Shown: positions 25,408-34,249 of the stretch, one piece after another | Position numbering within the stretch: the stretch's first letter is position 1 | Layout of the letters: the number at the start of each line of letters is the position of its first letter | Source: an uncultured Clostridia bacterium | Lineage (GTDB): Bacteria; Bacillota; Clostridia; Christensenellales; UBA3700 | DNA: 64,000 bases | Reading direction: 5' to 3' | Assembly (NCBI GenBank): GCA_947246685.1 | Contig: CAMXSN010000001.1 | Span: 139,361 to 203,360 of the forward strand | Program-made: the position numbers and the translations under genes | Notes under the pieces: generated by a model | Database searches by the model: none | Told to the model about the DNA's origin: nothing | What the model saw: the letters and a program-made list of their open reading frames with translations, nothing else

Positions 25408-27345
25408 ATGAACGTCAAGTTGAAGGACGGAAGCGTCAGGCAGTTCGAGGCGGGTATGAGCGTCTACGAGATTGCAAAGGAGATTTCCGAAGGGCTGGCA
25501 AGAGCTGCCGTCGGAGGAAAATTAAACGGCAAAGTAGTCGAAACGAGAACAATCGTCAGCGAAGATTGCAATCTTGATATACTTACTTTTGCAGACGAAG
25601 AGGGAAAGCTTATTTACAGACATACCGCGTCGCACATATTGGCGCAGGCTGTCAAAAATATTTTTCCGACAGTCAAATTGGCCATAGGACCGGCGATTGC
25701 CAACGGATTTTATTACGATTTTGATTTCAAGACCCCAATTTCTACGGAAGAATTTGCCAAAATCGAGCTGGAGATGAAGAGCATCATCAAAGCCAATTAT
25801 CCTATCACAAGATTTGTGTTGCCCAAAGACGAAGCGATAAAACTCATGGCGAGCTACGGCGAAGATTATAAGGTCGAACTTATCAACGATTTGCCCGAGG
25901 GCGCGGAAATATCTTTTTATAAACAGGGCGATTTCGTCGATTTGTGCGCAGGTCCGCATCTTCCGTTTACGGGAATGGTCAAGGCTTTTAAGCTCACTAG
26001 TCTTACGGGCGCCTATTGGAGAGGCAACGAAAACAATAAAATGCTATCGAGAATTTACGGTACGGCATTTGATAAAAAATCCGAGTTGCAGGCATATCTT
26101 GACGCCGTAGAAGAGGCAAAAAAGAGAGACCACAATAAGATAGGCAGGGAAATGGGACTGTTTATGACCGACGAGAACATCGGACAGGGACTGCCTTTGC
26201 TTATGCCCAAGGGAGCCAAGCTATTCCAGATTCTTCAGAGATTCGTAGAGGACGAGGAAGAACGCAGAGGATACGTGCTGACAAAGACGCCGTATATGGC
26301 AAAATCCAATCTCTATAAAATTTCGGGACATTGGGATCATTACAAAGACGGCATGTTTGTCATGGGCGACGAGGAAAAGGACGACGAAGTATTCGCGCTC
26401 AGACCTATGACATGTCCGTTCCAATACACGATTTACAACAACGGGTTGAAGTCATACAGAGATCTTCCCATACGCTACGGAGAGACGTCTACGCTGTTTA
26501 GGAACGAGGCGTCGGGCGAGATGCACGGGCTTATTCGCGTCAGACAGTTCACTTTGTCCGAAGGTCATATTGTCTGCACTCCCGAGCAGCTTGAAAGCGA
26601 GTTTAGAGGAGTAGTCGATCTTGTCAAATATATGATGAGATGTATGGGCTTGGAGAACGACGTTACCTATAGATTCAGCAAATGGGATCCCGAAAATACG
26701 GAAAAGTATATCAACGAGCCGGACGTTTGGGCAGTTGCCGAAGACACGATGAGAAAGATTCTCGACCATATCGGTATCAAATACGTGGAGGCAAAAGGCG
26801 AAGCGGCGTTCTACGGACCCAAGCTGGATATCCAAATCAAAAACGTATACGGCAAAGAGGATACGATAATCACAGTACAGGTCGATATGTTCCTTGCGCG
26901 CAATTTCGATATGTCTTATATTGACGAAAACGGAGAGAAGAAAAGACCTTATATCATTCATCGCTCGTCCATCGGATGTTACGAAAGGACAATGGCTTTG
27001 ATGATCGAGAAATTTGCGGGAGCCTTTCCGGTATGGGCAAGCCCCGTGCAAGTCAAGGTAATCAGCCTTACAGACCGTACGGTTGACGAATGCGAGAAGA
27101 TCAAAGACAGACTTAAAGCCATGGGCATCAGGGCAGAAGTCGACTCGCGAAGCGAAACCGTGGGATATAAGATCCGTTCCGCTCAGCTTGAAAAAGTGCC
27201 TTATATGCTGATTATCGGCGATAAAGAAGTGGAAAAAGGCGTGGTCGCGGTAAGAAGAAGAGGCGGCGTAGTTATGGGCGAGATGAGCCTTAACGACTTT
27301 GCCGGACTTGTCATTGACGACGTGGAAAGCAAACGCTTGGATTGA
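25408..27345 (+). CDS. thrS: threonine--tRNA ligase
   Basis: TGS-domain N-terminus, editing-domain HTASH, class II core FRNEASGEMHGLIRVRQFTLSEGH, anticodon-binding C-terminus. ATG 25408 follows SD GAGGTG. Confidence 0.95.
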   Translation: MNVKLKDGSVRQFEAGMSVYEIAKEISEGLARAAVGGKLNGKVVETRTIVSEDCNLDILTFADEEGKLIYRHTASHILAQAVKNIFPTVKLAIGPAIANGFYYDFDFKTPISTEEFAKIELEMKSIIKANYPITRFVLPKDEAIKLMASYGEDYKVELINDLPEGAEISFYKQGDFVDLCAGPHLPFTGMVKAFKLTSLTGAYWRGNENNKMLSRIYGTAFDKKSELQAYLDAVEEAKKRDHNKIGREMGLFMTDENIGQGLPLLMPKGAKLFQILQRFVEDEEERRGYVLTKTPYMAKSNLYKISGHWDHYKDGMFVMGDEEKDDEVFALRPMTCPFQYTIYNNGLKSYRDLPIRYGETSTLFRNEASGEMHGLIRVRQFTLSEGHIVCTPEQLESEFRGVVDLVKYMMRCMGLENDVTYRFSKWDPENTEKYINEPDVWAVAEDTMRKILDHIGIKYVEAKGEAAFYGPKLDIQIKNVYGKEDTIITVQVDMFLARNFDMSYIDENGEKKRPYIIHRSSIGCYERTMALMIEKFAGAFPVWASPVQVKVISLTDRTVDECEKIKDRLKAMGIRAEVDSRSETVGYKIRSAQLEKVPYMLIIGDKEVEKGVVAVRRRGGVVMGEMSLNDFAGLVIDDVESKRLD

Positions 27346-27367
27346 TTAGTCAACTATAACTGTCGCA

Positions 27368-27397
27368 GCGCCGTCCGTTAAGGGCGGCGCGTAGTTT
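27368..27397 (+). terminator. GC-rich hairpin after thrS (weak T-run)
   Basis: GCGCCGTCC-gttaag-GGCGGCGC with one bulge, followed by GTAGTTTAT. Confidence 0.45.
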
Positions 27398-27582
27398 ATA
27401 CCGTAATTAGGATGACGATTGATAATTTCTTGACAGCAGATAAAGATACGCAATAAATTATCAAGTATATTTATGGCTAATGTGGATTAATATTGTAAAA
27501 TATGTCTTAATATTTTTCTTCCGCTCTTGAAAAGATAAATGATATTTGTTATATTGTTATAAATATTTACGGCGGTGAAGAA

Positions 27583-28746
27583 ATGAAGAAAATCAGATAT
27601 TCCTTGGTGTTGACGGCAATGATTTTATGCTTATTGCTATTTTCGTTTGCCGGGTGTGAAAAATATCGCGACTTTGCTTGGTCTGGAGTGGAGAAGGGCA
27701 GCGTTGATTTGACGCTTGAACTCGGCGAAGACGGCAAATTTGATATTTTGCAACTTACTGATATACAATTCGTCGATTACGTTGACGACAGGAGCGTCGC
27801 AGTAATGAGCGCGGCTATTTCTTATGCGGATCCCGACTTGATAGTTATCACAGGCGATCAGATCAGTCCCGAATATTTGGTGGGACAAAAGAAAAAAACC
27901 AAGAAAATTCTCAATCAGATAACAGCGTTTTTCGATTCTAAGCAAATTCCTTGGACGGTTTGTTTTGGCAATCACGACGGGGCGATGGGCGTAATATCCA
28001 AGAAAGAAATGGTTGAGATTTATCAGAAATCGGCATTTTTTATCGGCGGATTGACGGAAAGCGATTATTGCGAGAGTTATATCAACGAAAAAGAAGATAC
28101 TTATTGCAATTATTTTATCCCCGTATACGAGCAAGGTAGGGGCGCGGTTGCGCACGGTGTATTTATAATGGACTGCGCGACGAGCCTTATGTCTCCTTAC
28201 GACGGTTTTACCTCGGGACAGATAGATTTCTACAATAGCATGAGCAAGAAATATCCGGGCGTAAATATTTCCATGTATACTCACGAGCCTACGCAGGAAT
28301 TCCAGACTATGTATGACAACCGCAACGATAAACAGAAGGTCGGCATATTTAAGGGGGAGATAGAAAAACCCGAAAGAGGTAAGACCTATTATCCTACCAA
28401 AGACAGCGCGGCTAACGAACGTTTCAGCCAAAGTCTTAAAAATAATAATAACGTCAGAGGTATCTACGTCGGTCACGATCATTTGAGCAATTTCGCCGGC
28501 GTGTATAATATAGGCGAAGACAATTCGATTATATTGGCGTATGGCAGAATGTCTACTTACGGATTCGGAGAGTGGAGATATTTTATGTTCAATTCCTCTG
28601 ACAGAAAGCAATATAAGAATTATCCCAGAGGCGGAAGAGCGGTGACGGTATCCGTCGACGGCGGCTATACGACTCGCGATATTCTCGATTCTAAGGACGG
28701 AAAATACACTATGACTTCGCGAAATGAAATCACAATCTCCGTATAA
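27583..28746 (+). CDS. calcineurin-like metallophosphoesterase lipoprotein
   Basis: Lipobox LLLFSFAGC. Metallophosphoesterase motifs LTDIQ, ITGDQ, GNHD, GHDH. Confidence 0.75.
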   Translation: MKKIRYSLVLTAMILCLLLFSFAGCEKYRDFAWSGVEKGSVDLTLELGEDGKFDILQLTDIQFVDYVDDRSVAVMSAAISYADPDLIVITGDQISPEYLVGQKKKTKKILNQITAFFDSKQIPWTVCFGNHDGAMGVISKKEMVEIYQKSAFFIGGLTESDYCESYINEKEDTYCNYFIPVYEQGRGAVAHGVFIMDCATSLMSPYDGFTSGQIDFYNSMSKKYPGVNISMYTHEPTQEFQTMYDNRNDKQKVGIFKGEIEKPERGKTYYPTKDSAANERFSQSLKNNNNVRGIYVGHDHLSNFAGVYNIGEDNSIILAYGRMSTYGFGEWRYFMFNSSDRKQYKNYPRGGRAVTVSVDGGYTTRDILDSKDGKYTMTSRNEITISV

Positions 28747-28780
28747 TTGCGGAAAAATTGAAAAAACCGTGTTGAATTTG

Positions 28781-28809
28781 TTGACAATAGGGAAAAATTT
28801 TGGTATCAT
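28781..28809 (+). promoter_or_regulatory. sigma-A promoter of infC-rpmI-rplT
   Basis: TTGACA (28781-28786), 17-nt spacer, TATCAT (28804-28809) preceded by TG (extended -10). Confidence 0.6.
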
Positions 28810-28815
28810 ACTGAC

Positions 28816-28925
28816 GAACAAAAGCAGTAATTGATACTCACCTGTCGGCAACGGAGTCGCACACGGTTAATAAATCAAAATTTATTATGAGTAACGTTAT
28901 GCTGATGTTACTCATATTTTTTTGC
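28816..28925 (+). promoter_or_regulatory. L20-leader-type attenuator upstream of infC
   Basis: A ~110-nt leader between the promoter and the infC SD. It ends in the hairpin ATGAGTAAC/GTTACTCAT (28887-28915) plus a T7 run (28917-28923). Position and architecture match the Firmicute L20 autoregulatory leader. I could not verify the rRNA-mimic fold by eye. Confidence 0.6.
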
Positions 28926-28947
28926 CAAGCGCAGGGAGGATACCACC

Positions 28948-29460
28948 ATAAAAGACATGCTTATAAACGGGCAGATAAGAGAGCGCGAAGTCAGAGTTCT
29001 CGATCAGGACGGAGCTCAGCTCGGGATAATGTCCGGCAAAGCGGCAATGGAACTTGCAGAAGAAAAAAATCTCGACCTCGTGTTGATTTCGCCGACAGCA
29101 AAGCCGCCTGTATGTAAAATTATGAATTACGGCAAATTCAAATACGAGACGGTAAAAAGAGAAAAAGAGAACAAGAAAAATCAAAAAATCGTCGAACTTA
29201 AAGAAGTTTGGCTTTCTGCGACCATAGACGTGGGAGATTTAAACACAAAGGCCAAGCAGGCTCAGAAATTTATTCTCGGCGGAGACAGGGTCAGAGTTTC
29301 TATAAGACTGAGGGGCAGACAGATGGCTCGTCCCGAGTTGGCAATGAAGGTTATGGACGACTTTTTCGATATATTGAAAGACATCGCGCAAATGGAGAAG
29401 AAGCCTTTGTTGGAAGGCAAAAGCATAGCAATGACTATCGCTCCTATTGCTAAAAAATAA
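28948..29460 (+). CDS. infC: translation initiation factor IF-3 (probable non-canonical ATA start; first ATG is at 28957)
   Basis: INGQIREREVRVLD...KPPVCKIMNYGKFKYE is collinear with IF-3. SD GGGAGG (28934-28939) is 8 nt from ATA 28948 but 17 nt from ATG 28957. Confidence 0.9.
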   Translation: MKDMLINGQIREREVRVLDQDGAQLGIMSGKAAMELAEEKNLDLVLISPTAKPPVCKIMNYGKFKYETVKREKENKKNQKIVELKEVWLSATIDVGDLNTKAKQAQKFILGGDRVRVSIRLRGRQMARPELAMKVMDDFFDILKDIAQMEKKPLLEGKSIAMTIAPIAKK

Positions 29461-29483
29461 TTATAATTTTGGAGGACGGATAA

Positions 29484-29672
29484 ATGCCGAAGCAAAAATC
29501 ACATAGCGGCGCAAAAAAGCGTTTTCATTTGACCGGTACGGGCAAAGTTAAGAGAGCAAAAATGAACAGAAGACATATTCTGAGCAAGAAATCACCTAAG
29601 AGAAAGCGTGGTTTGAGAAAGACGGCTTACGTTTCTACAACGCAAGTCAAGACGATCAAGGAAATGATTTAG
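29484..29672 (+). CDS. rpmI: 50S ribosomal protein L35
   Basis: [14 protein letters not shown]...; 62 aa basic protein between infC and rplT. Confidence 0.95.
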   Translation: MPKQKSHSGAKKRFHLTGTGKVKRAKMNRRHILSKKSPKRKRGLRKTAYVSTTQVKTIKEMI

Positions 29673-29691
29673 TCAACGGAGGTACGATAAT

Positions 29692-30036
29692 ATGAGAATT
29701 AAAAGAGGCGTTAACGCAGTTAAGAAGCGTAGAAAGATATTGAAGTCCGCAAAGGGTTATTTCGGCGCGAAGTCCAAACTTTACAGAGTAGCCCGTCAGG
29801 CAGTCATGAAGTCGCAGAATTACGCATACGTGGGCAGAAAGCTCAAAAAGCGTGATTTCAGATCTTTGTGGATTACGAGAATAAATGCGGCGGCTAGACT
29901 CAACGGTCTTAATTACAGCAAGTTTATGAGCGGTCTCAAGAAGAACGGTATCGACCTCAACCGTAAGGTTTTGGCTGACATTGCCGTCAACGATCCGAGC
30001 GCTTTTACCGCGCTTTGCGAAAAGGCTAAGGCATAA
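29692..30036 (+). CDS. rplT: 50S ribosomal protein L20
   Basis: [25 protein letters not shown]...; 114 aa. Confidence 0.95.
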   Translation: MRIKRGVNAVKKRRKILKSAKGYFGAKSKLYRVARQAVMKSQNYAYVGRKLKKRDFRSLWITRINAAARLNGLNYSKFMSGLKKNGIDLNRKVLADIAVNDPSAFTALCEKAKA

Positions 30037-30060
30037 ATATTCGCATATACTTTTATTTCG

Positions 30061-30090
30061 GGCAGTCATGACAATGGCTGCCTGTTTTTT
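30061..30090 (+). terminator. intrinsic terminator after rplT
   Basis: GGCAGTCA-tgacaa-TGGCTGCC, then TGTTTTTT. Confidence 0.7.
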
Positions 30091-30182
30091 AGGTAAAATA
30101 TTTGTCGATTTTGCATTAAGTTTTGACAAAGCGTTGTGTTTAACGATTTTTTCGTGTATAGTAGAAAACGACGGAGCGGCAA

Positions 30183-30950
30183 ATGCAAGAGATAACCTCG
30201 GTGAAAAATCCAAAGATTCAGCATATACGGAAATTAAAAGACAGACGCTATCGCAGAGACTGCGGACAGTTTTTGGTAGAAGGAGAAAATCTTATAAAAG
30301 ATTTGCCTGACGCTATTTCCGTCGAGAGTGTTTTCGCGCTTAAGGACAAAGCGGACGAATTTGCTTATATTCTCGATAGATATGACTGCGCTTCGGTATA
30401 TCTTGTCGACGGCAAGGTCATGGACGCCGTATGCAACACGGTGCATCCTTCGGGAATAGCGGCTGTCGTCAATTACGCGCCGTACGAAGGCGCGATCGAC
30501 GGCAACGCCGTGGTATTGGACGGAGTAAGCGACCCGGGGAATATGGGTACGATAATCAGGACGTGCGTTGCTTGCAGTATAAAGCACGTCGTAGCGGTAG
30601 ACTGCGTAGATTTTTTGTCCGACAAAGTAATAAGGTCGTCTATGGGCGGCATATTTAAGGTTAACATCACGGAATGCGAAAGAGCCGCCGTCGCGGATAT
30701 TTTGAAAGACCATCATATATACGCTTTGGATATGGGCGGAGAAAATCTGTTTGAATTAGGCGAGATCAACGTTCCTTTTGCGCTTGCTGTCGGCAACGAG
30801 AGCAGGGGGCTGTCGGATATAGTGAGAGCGTCGTCTCAAGTCGTCTCATTGCCTATGACCGGCGACATAGAATCTCTAAATGCCGCGGTAAGTTTGTCCG
30901 TCGCATTGTACGAGTTCAGTTGCGGACGCTTGACAAAATTAATAAAATAA
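30183..30950 (+). CDS. TrmH/SpoU-family RNA 2'-O-methyltransferase
   Basis: SpoU motifs DGVSDPGNMGTIIRT, LAVGNESRGLS, IESLNAAVS. Its position after rplT matches Bacillus ysgA. Confidence 0.75.
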   Translation: MQEITSVKNPKIQHIRKLKDRRYRRDCGQFLVEGENLIKDLPDAISVESVFALKDKADEFAYILDRYDCASVYLVDGKVMDAVCNTVHPSGIAAVVNYAPYEGAIDGNAVVLDGVSDPGNMGTIIRTCVACSIKHVVAVDCVDFLSDKVIRSSMGGIFKVNITECERAAVADILKDHHIYALDMGGENLFELGEINVPFALAVGNESRGLSDIVRASSQVVSLPMTGDIESLNAAVSLSVALYEFSCGRLTKLIK

Positions 30951-30984
30951 AGATATCATTAAAGATATAAAGGAGGATATTTAT

Positions 30985-31287
30985 ATGGCAGATATTATCA
31001 AAAACCAAGAAGAAACAGAAGATGAGGAATTGATCGTTCTTGCCGATGAGGAAGGGCAGGAAGTGGAATTCCACCACATTGCGACTTTGGATTACAAAGA
31101 CGAGTGGTACATATATCTCCAACCCGTTGAATTGGGGGATATGGACGAAGACGAAATGCTTATTTTCAAAATCGAAGCGGACGAAGACGGCAACGATACT
31201 TTCGTACCGGTCGAAGACGAACAGCTTTTGCAGACTTTGTACGACGAGTATCTCAAAGAATGCGAGCTTGAAGACAGCGCAGAATAA
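30985..31287 (+). CDS. DUF1292-family acidic protein
   Basis: 100 aa, highly acidic. The pattern DEEGQEVEFHHIATLDYKDEWYIYLQPVE...MLIFKIE...FVPVEDEQ is typical of DUF1292. Confidence 0.7.
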   Translation: MADIIKNQEETEDEELIVLADEEGQEVEFHHIATLDYKDEWYIYLQPVELGDMDEDEMLIFKIEADEDGNDTFVPVEDEQLLQTLYDEYLKECELEDSAE

Positions 31288-31305
31288 TAAGAGCGTCAAT
31301 TGCGG

Positions 31306-31336
31306 CGCGGCGGCTTAATCGGCCGTCGCGTTTTTT
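31306..31336 (+). terminator. intrinsic terminator after the DUF1292 gene
   Basis: CGCGGCGGC-ttaatcg-GCCGTCGCG (9 bp including one G-T pair), then T6. Confidence 0.7.
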
Positions 31337-31496
31337 GTCGTCTTGACACGGCGCAACTATTGCGGGGATTGTTTGAGGGCGCGCAAAATTGTCAAAATTA
31401 ATAGTTGAGAAAAGTTTGCGAGATCGGCTGACATAATTTACAAGAGGGAAAATTTGGCAAAATTTTATTTGCCGCCGAAAAAAGCCGAAAATTTCA

Positions 31497-31525
31497 TTGA
31501 CTTATTTTTATTATATATATATAAT
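31497..31525 (+). promoter_or_regulatory. sigma-A promoter for secDF
   Basis: TTGACT (31497-31502), 17-nt spacer, TATAAT (31520-31525). Confidence 0.5.
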
Positions 31526-31561
31526 AGAAAATGACTAATATTTTAGGGAGGCAACAATAAG

Positions 31562-33025
31562 GTGAAAAAGTGGCAGTCAATTGTGATTTTGACGGTTTTG
31601 GCAATTCTTATTGTGTTCGGCTCCGTATTCGGATTCGTATCTTTGAAGAACGGAGAATTGGGACTTTATAATTACAACGCCTATGTCACAAAAATCAGTC
31701 TCGGTCTTGACCTCAGCGGCGGCGTCTATGCGGTTTACAGCGTGGATCAAAGCAAGCTTACCGATGAGCAGAAAGAGAACGTGGACGCATTGATAGAGGG
31801 TACAAGAGCAAGTCTTGAGTCTTTGCTTTTCAGCAAAGGTTACACTGAGGCTCAGGTTACCGTATCCAATCAGACTATTCGTGTTGAAATCCCGGACGAA
31901 GACGATCCGGAGAGAATTTTTAACTTGATCGGACGTCCGTCGAGCTTTGAGTTCAAAGAGTATGTGGACGGCGCTGACAAAGATTTGTCTCTTAACGACC
32001 CGAGCGGCAAAGTCAAGTTGGATGAGAAATTCACGGGCAACGACATCGCAAACGCGGGCGTCAGCTATGACAGCCAGACCGGTTACTACGTGGTGTCATT
32101 GAGCTTTACGGAAGAGGGTACTAAGAAGTTTTCTTCTGCAACAAGCGCCTTGACGGGATCCAAACTTGCTATATGGATCAATAACGAATTCGTTATCGCG
32201 CCGACCGTCAACGAGACGATTTCAACGGGTTCGGCTTCTATAAGCGGTAATTACACTTACGAACAGGCATATGATTTGGCGGTAAGAATTCAATCGGGTT
32301 CTTTCCCGTTGGTGCTTAAACTCAACGAGAGCAATACTTTGACGGCAACGCTCGGCAGTTCCGCTATCAAAGCCGGTCTTATCTCCGGCGTAGTAGGTCT
32401 CGTGCTCATATTTATATACGTGATAGCAATGTACAAGCTCTTGGGCGTGGCGTCTAGCTTGTCTTTGTGGTACTATTCGCTTACTTATCTGTTCTTCCTT
32501 GCAATATTCCCATGGGTACAGCTTACTCTGTCGGGTATTGCGGGCGTATTGCTTTCTATAGGTATGGCGGTAGACGCAAACGTAATTATCTTCGAGCGTA
32601 TAAAAGAAGAGTATGCAAGCGGTAAAACAATGCGAACGGCGGTCAATACAGGTTTCAAACGTTCGTTGGGAGCTATTATCGACGGAAACGTAACGACGAT
32701 CATCGGTGCAATAGTCCTTATTATCGTCGGCGCGGCCACGATCAAGAGTTTCGGTATCACGTTGCTCATAGGTCTTGTGCTTTCGTTGATATCTTCTTTG
32801 TTGATTACGAGACTCATACTCAAATGTATTTTGGTGTTTAACGACGAATCCAAGGCAAAACTGTTCGGGCTGAAGAGAAGAGAAGACGTTGCGTTGATAG
32901 AGGAAGAGATTCCCGATCTTCAAAAAACCGAAGAGGATTCATTGAGCGATACAAAATCGGCAAATATGCAGAATACTCCTTCCCAAAAGAACAAAAAAGC
33001 TAAAAAGGGAGGCGCCGTAAGATGA
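31562..33025 (+). CDS. secD: protein translocase subunit SecD
   Basis: GTG start after GGGAGG. GLDLSGGV motif, periplasmic domain, and a C-terminal 6-TM SecD/F domain (GIAGVLLSIGMAVDANVIIFERIKEE). Confidence 0.9.
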   Translation: MKKWQSIVILTVLAILIVFGSVFGFVSLKNGELGLYNYNAYVTKISLGLDLSGGVYAVYSVDQSKLTDEQKENVDALIEGTRASLESLLFSKGYTEAQVTVSNQTIRVEIPDEDDPERIFNLIGRPSSFEFKEYVDGADKDLSLNDPSGKVKLDEKFTGNDIANAGVSYDSQTGYYVVSLSFTEEGTKKFSSATSALTGSKLAIWINNEFVIAPTVNETISTGSASISGNYTYEQAYDLAVRIQSGSFPLVLKLNESNTLTATLGSSAIKAGLISGVVGLVLIFIYVIAMYKLLGVASSLSLWYYSLTYLFFLAIFPWVQLTLSGIAGVLLSIGMAVDANVIIFERIKEEYASGKTMRTAVNTGFKRSLGAIIDGNVTTIIGAIVLIIVGAATIKSFGITLLIGLVLSLISSLLITRLILKCILVFNDESKAKLFGLKRREDVALIEEEIPDLQKTEEDSLSDTKSANMQNTPSQKNKKAKKGGAVR

Positions 33026-34149
33026 AAAATTTGAAGAATTTGAAAATTGTCGAAAAGCACGGATTGTGGGCGATCGCTCCCGTAATAATATTCCTTGTGG
33101 CAGTAATAGTGTTTACGTCTTTCGCGGTCAAGAACAAGGACGTCACTAAGGGTATGAATATCGGTATCGACTTCGCAGGAGGTTCGATCTTGACGGTAGA
33201 GCTAGGCTCGGAAATACTTGACAATAACGACGAGTATAACAAACATTATAAAGCCATAGAGGATATCCTCACCAGCTCGGAAATTGCAAAGCAAGTCGTT
33301 CAGATAGCAAAAGACAAGTACAACATACAATTGAGCGAAAGCGCCGCGGTTGCGTCGATAAGTTACGTTCAGACGTCGGGCAGCGGCAGCGATATGTCTT
33401 TGGTAATCAAATATGACAATATATCTTCGACATTCGATACCAAGGATAACGACCTGACTAACGAAAGAAATACTATACTCGAATCGAAAATCAAAGATTA
33501 TTACGAGGATAACTATCAGGATAAAGGTATTACCGTAAGCACGTCGTATATAGGCGCTACGGCTTCTGCCAAACTTATTGAGACGGCTTTGCTTGCAGTA
33601 GGCATTACTATTATTCTTATCCTTTTATATATAATGATCAGATTCGAGATATGGAGCGGAATATCGGCGGTAATAGCGCTTATTCATGACGTGGCTATGA
33701 TGGTATTTCTCGTTATTATTTTCAGAATTCAGGTCAACAGCGCGTTTATAGCCGCAATAATCACTATAGTTTCCTATTCTATCAACAATACAATCGTCGT
33801 ATTTGACAGAGTGAGAGAAAACAGAAAGAAAGAAGCCGGCAGTGTAAAGGGCGCTATTATCGACAACAACAAAATCGTCAACAATTCGATTATGCAGACT
33901 ATGACGAGGTCTATCAACTCGACGATAACGACAATGGTTGCGATAACGCTGTTTGCAATTATCGGAACGGCGTCGGTAAGAGAATTTGCTTTGCCGGTAA
34001 TATTCGGATTGCTCGCAGGTTTCTACTCTTCGTTGGTTGTCGCTCCTTCGCTTTACTGTTTGATGAAGAACTCTGTTGACAAGAGAAAGATTGCAAAGAG
34101 AGACGGCGTTAAGAAAGATAAGCCGAAATACGCGGGAGCAAAATCCTGA
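33022..34149 (+). CDS. secF: protein translocase subunit SecF
   Basis: GIDFAGGS motif and SecD/F TM domain (SINNTIVVFDRVREN). 4-nt overlap with secD. Confidence 0.9.
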   Translation: MKNLKNLKIVEKHGLWAIAPVIIFLVAVIVFTSFAVKNKDVTKGMNIGIDFAGGSILTVELGSEILDNNDEYNKHYKAIEDILTSSEIAKQVVQIAKDKYNIQLSESAAVASISYVQTSGSGSDMSLVIKYDNISSTFDTKDNDLTNERNTILESKIKDYYEDNYQDKGITVSTSYIGATASAKLIETALLAVGITIILILLYIMIRFEIWSGISAVIALIHDVAMMVFLVIIFRIQVNSAFIAAIITIVSYSINNTIVVFDRVRENRKKEAGSVKGAIIDNNKIVNNSIMQTMTRSINSTITTMVAITLFAIIGTASVREFALPVIFGLLAGFYSSLVVAPSLYCLMKNSVDKRKIAKRDGVKKDKPKYAGAKS

Positions 34150-34158
34150 CATAGATAA

Positions 34159-34190
34159 ATCGAGTCGGCAACGGCTCGATTATTTATATT
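34159..34190 (+). terminator. hairpin after secF (moderate T-richness)
   Basis: ATCGAGTCG-gcaa-CGGCTCGAT, then TATTTATATT. Confidence 0.45.
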
Positions 34191-34249
34191 GCTGAGCTAT
34201 CGATCGTCGACGCTTGCGCCGTCGAAGACCGGATAAATTTGAGGTTAAA

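Noticed and set aside
27637-28851. 404-aa ORF on the minus strand covering the whole metallophosphoesterase gene.
   Set aside because: It lies in the exact codon-complementary frame of a gene with a lipobox and all metallophosphoesterase motifs. Its translation is Arg/Ile/Phe/Ser-rich with no motifs and no SD. It ends exactly where the sense gene uses TTA/CTA codons in its signal peptide. It is a shadow ORF.
28887-29117. 76-aa plus-strand ORF starting upstream of infC.
   Set aside because: Its ATG is the first base pair of the leader terminator hairpin, and it overlaps infC out of frame. It is basic junk sequence.
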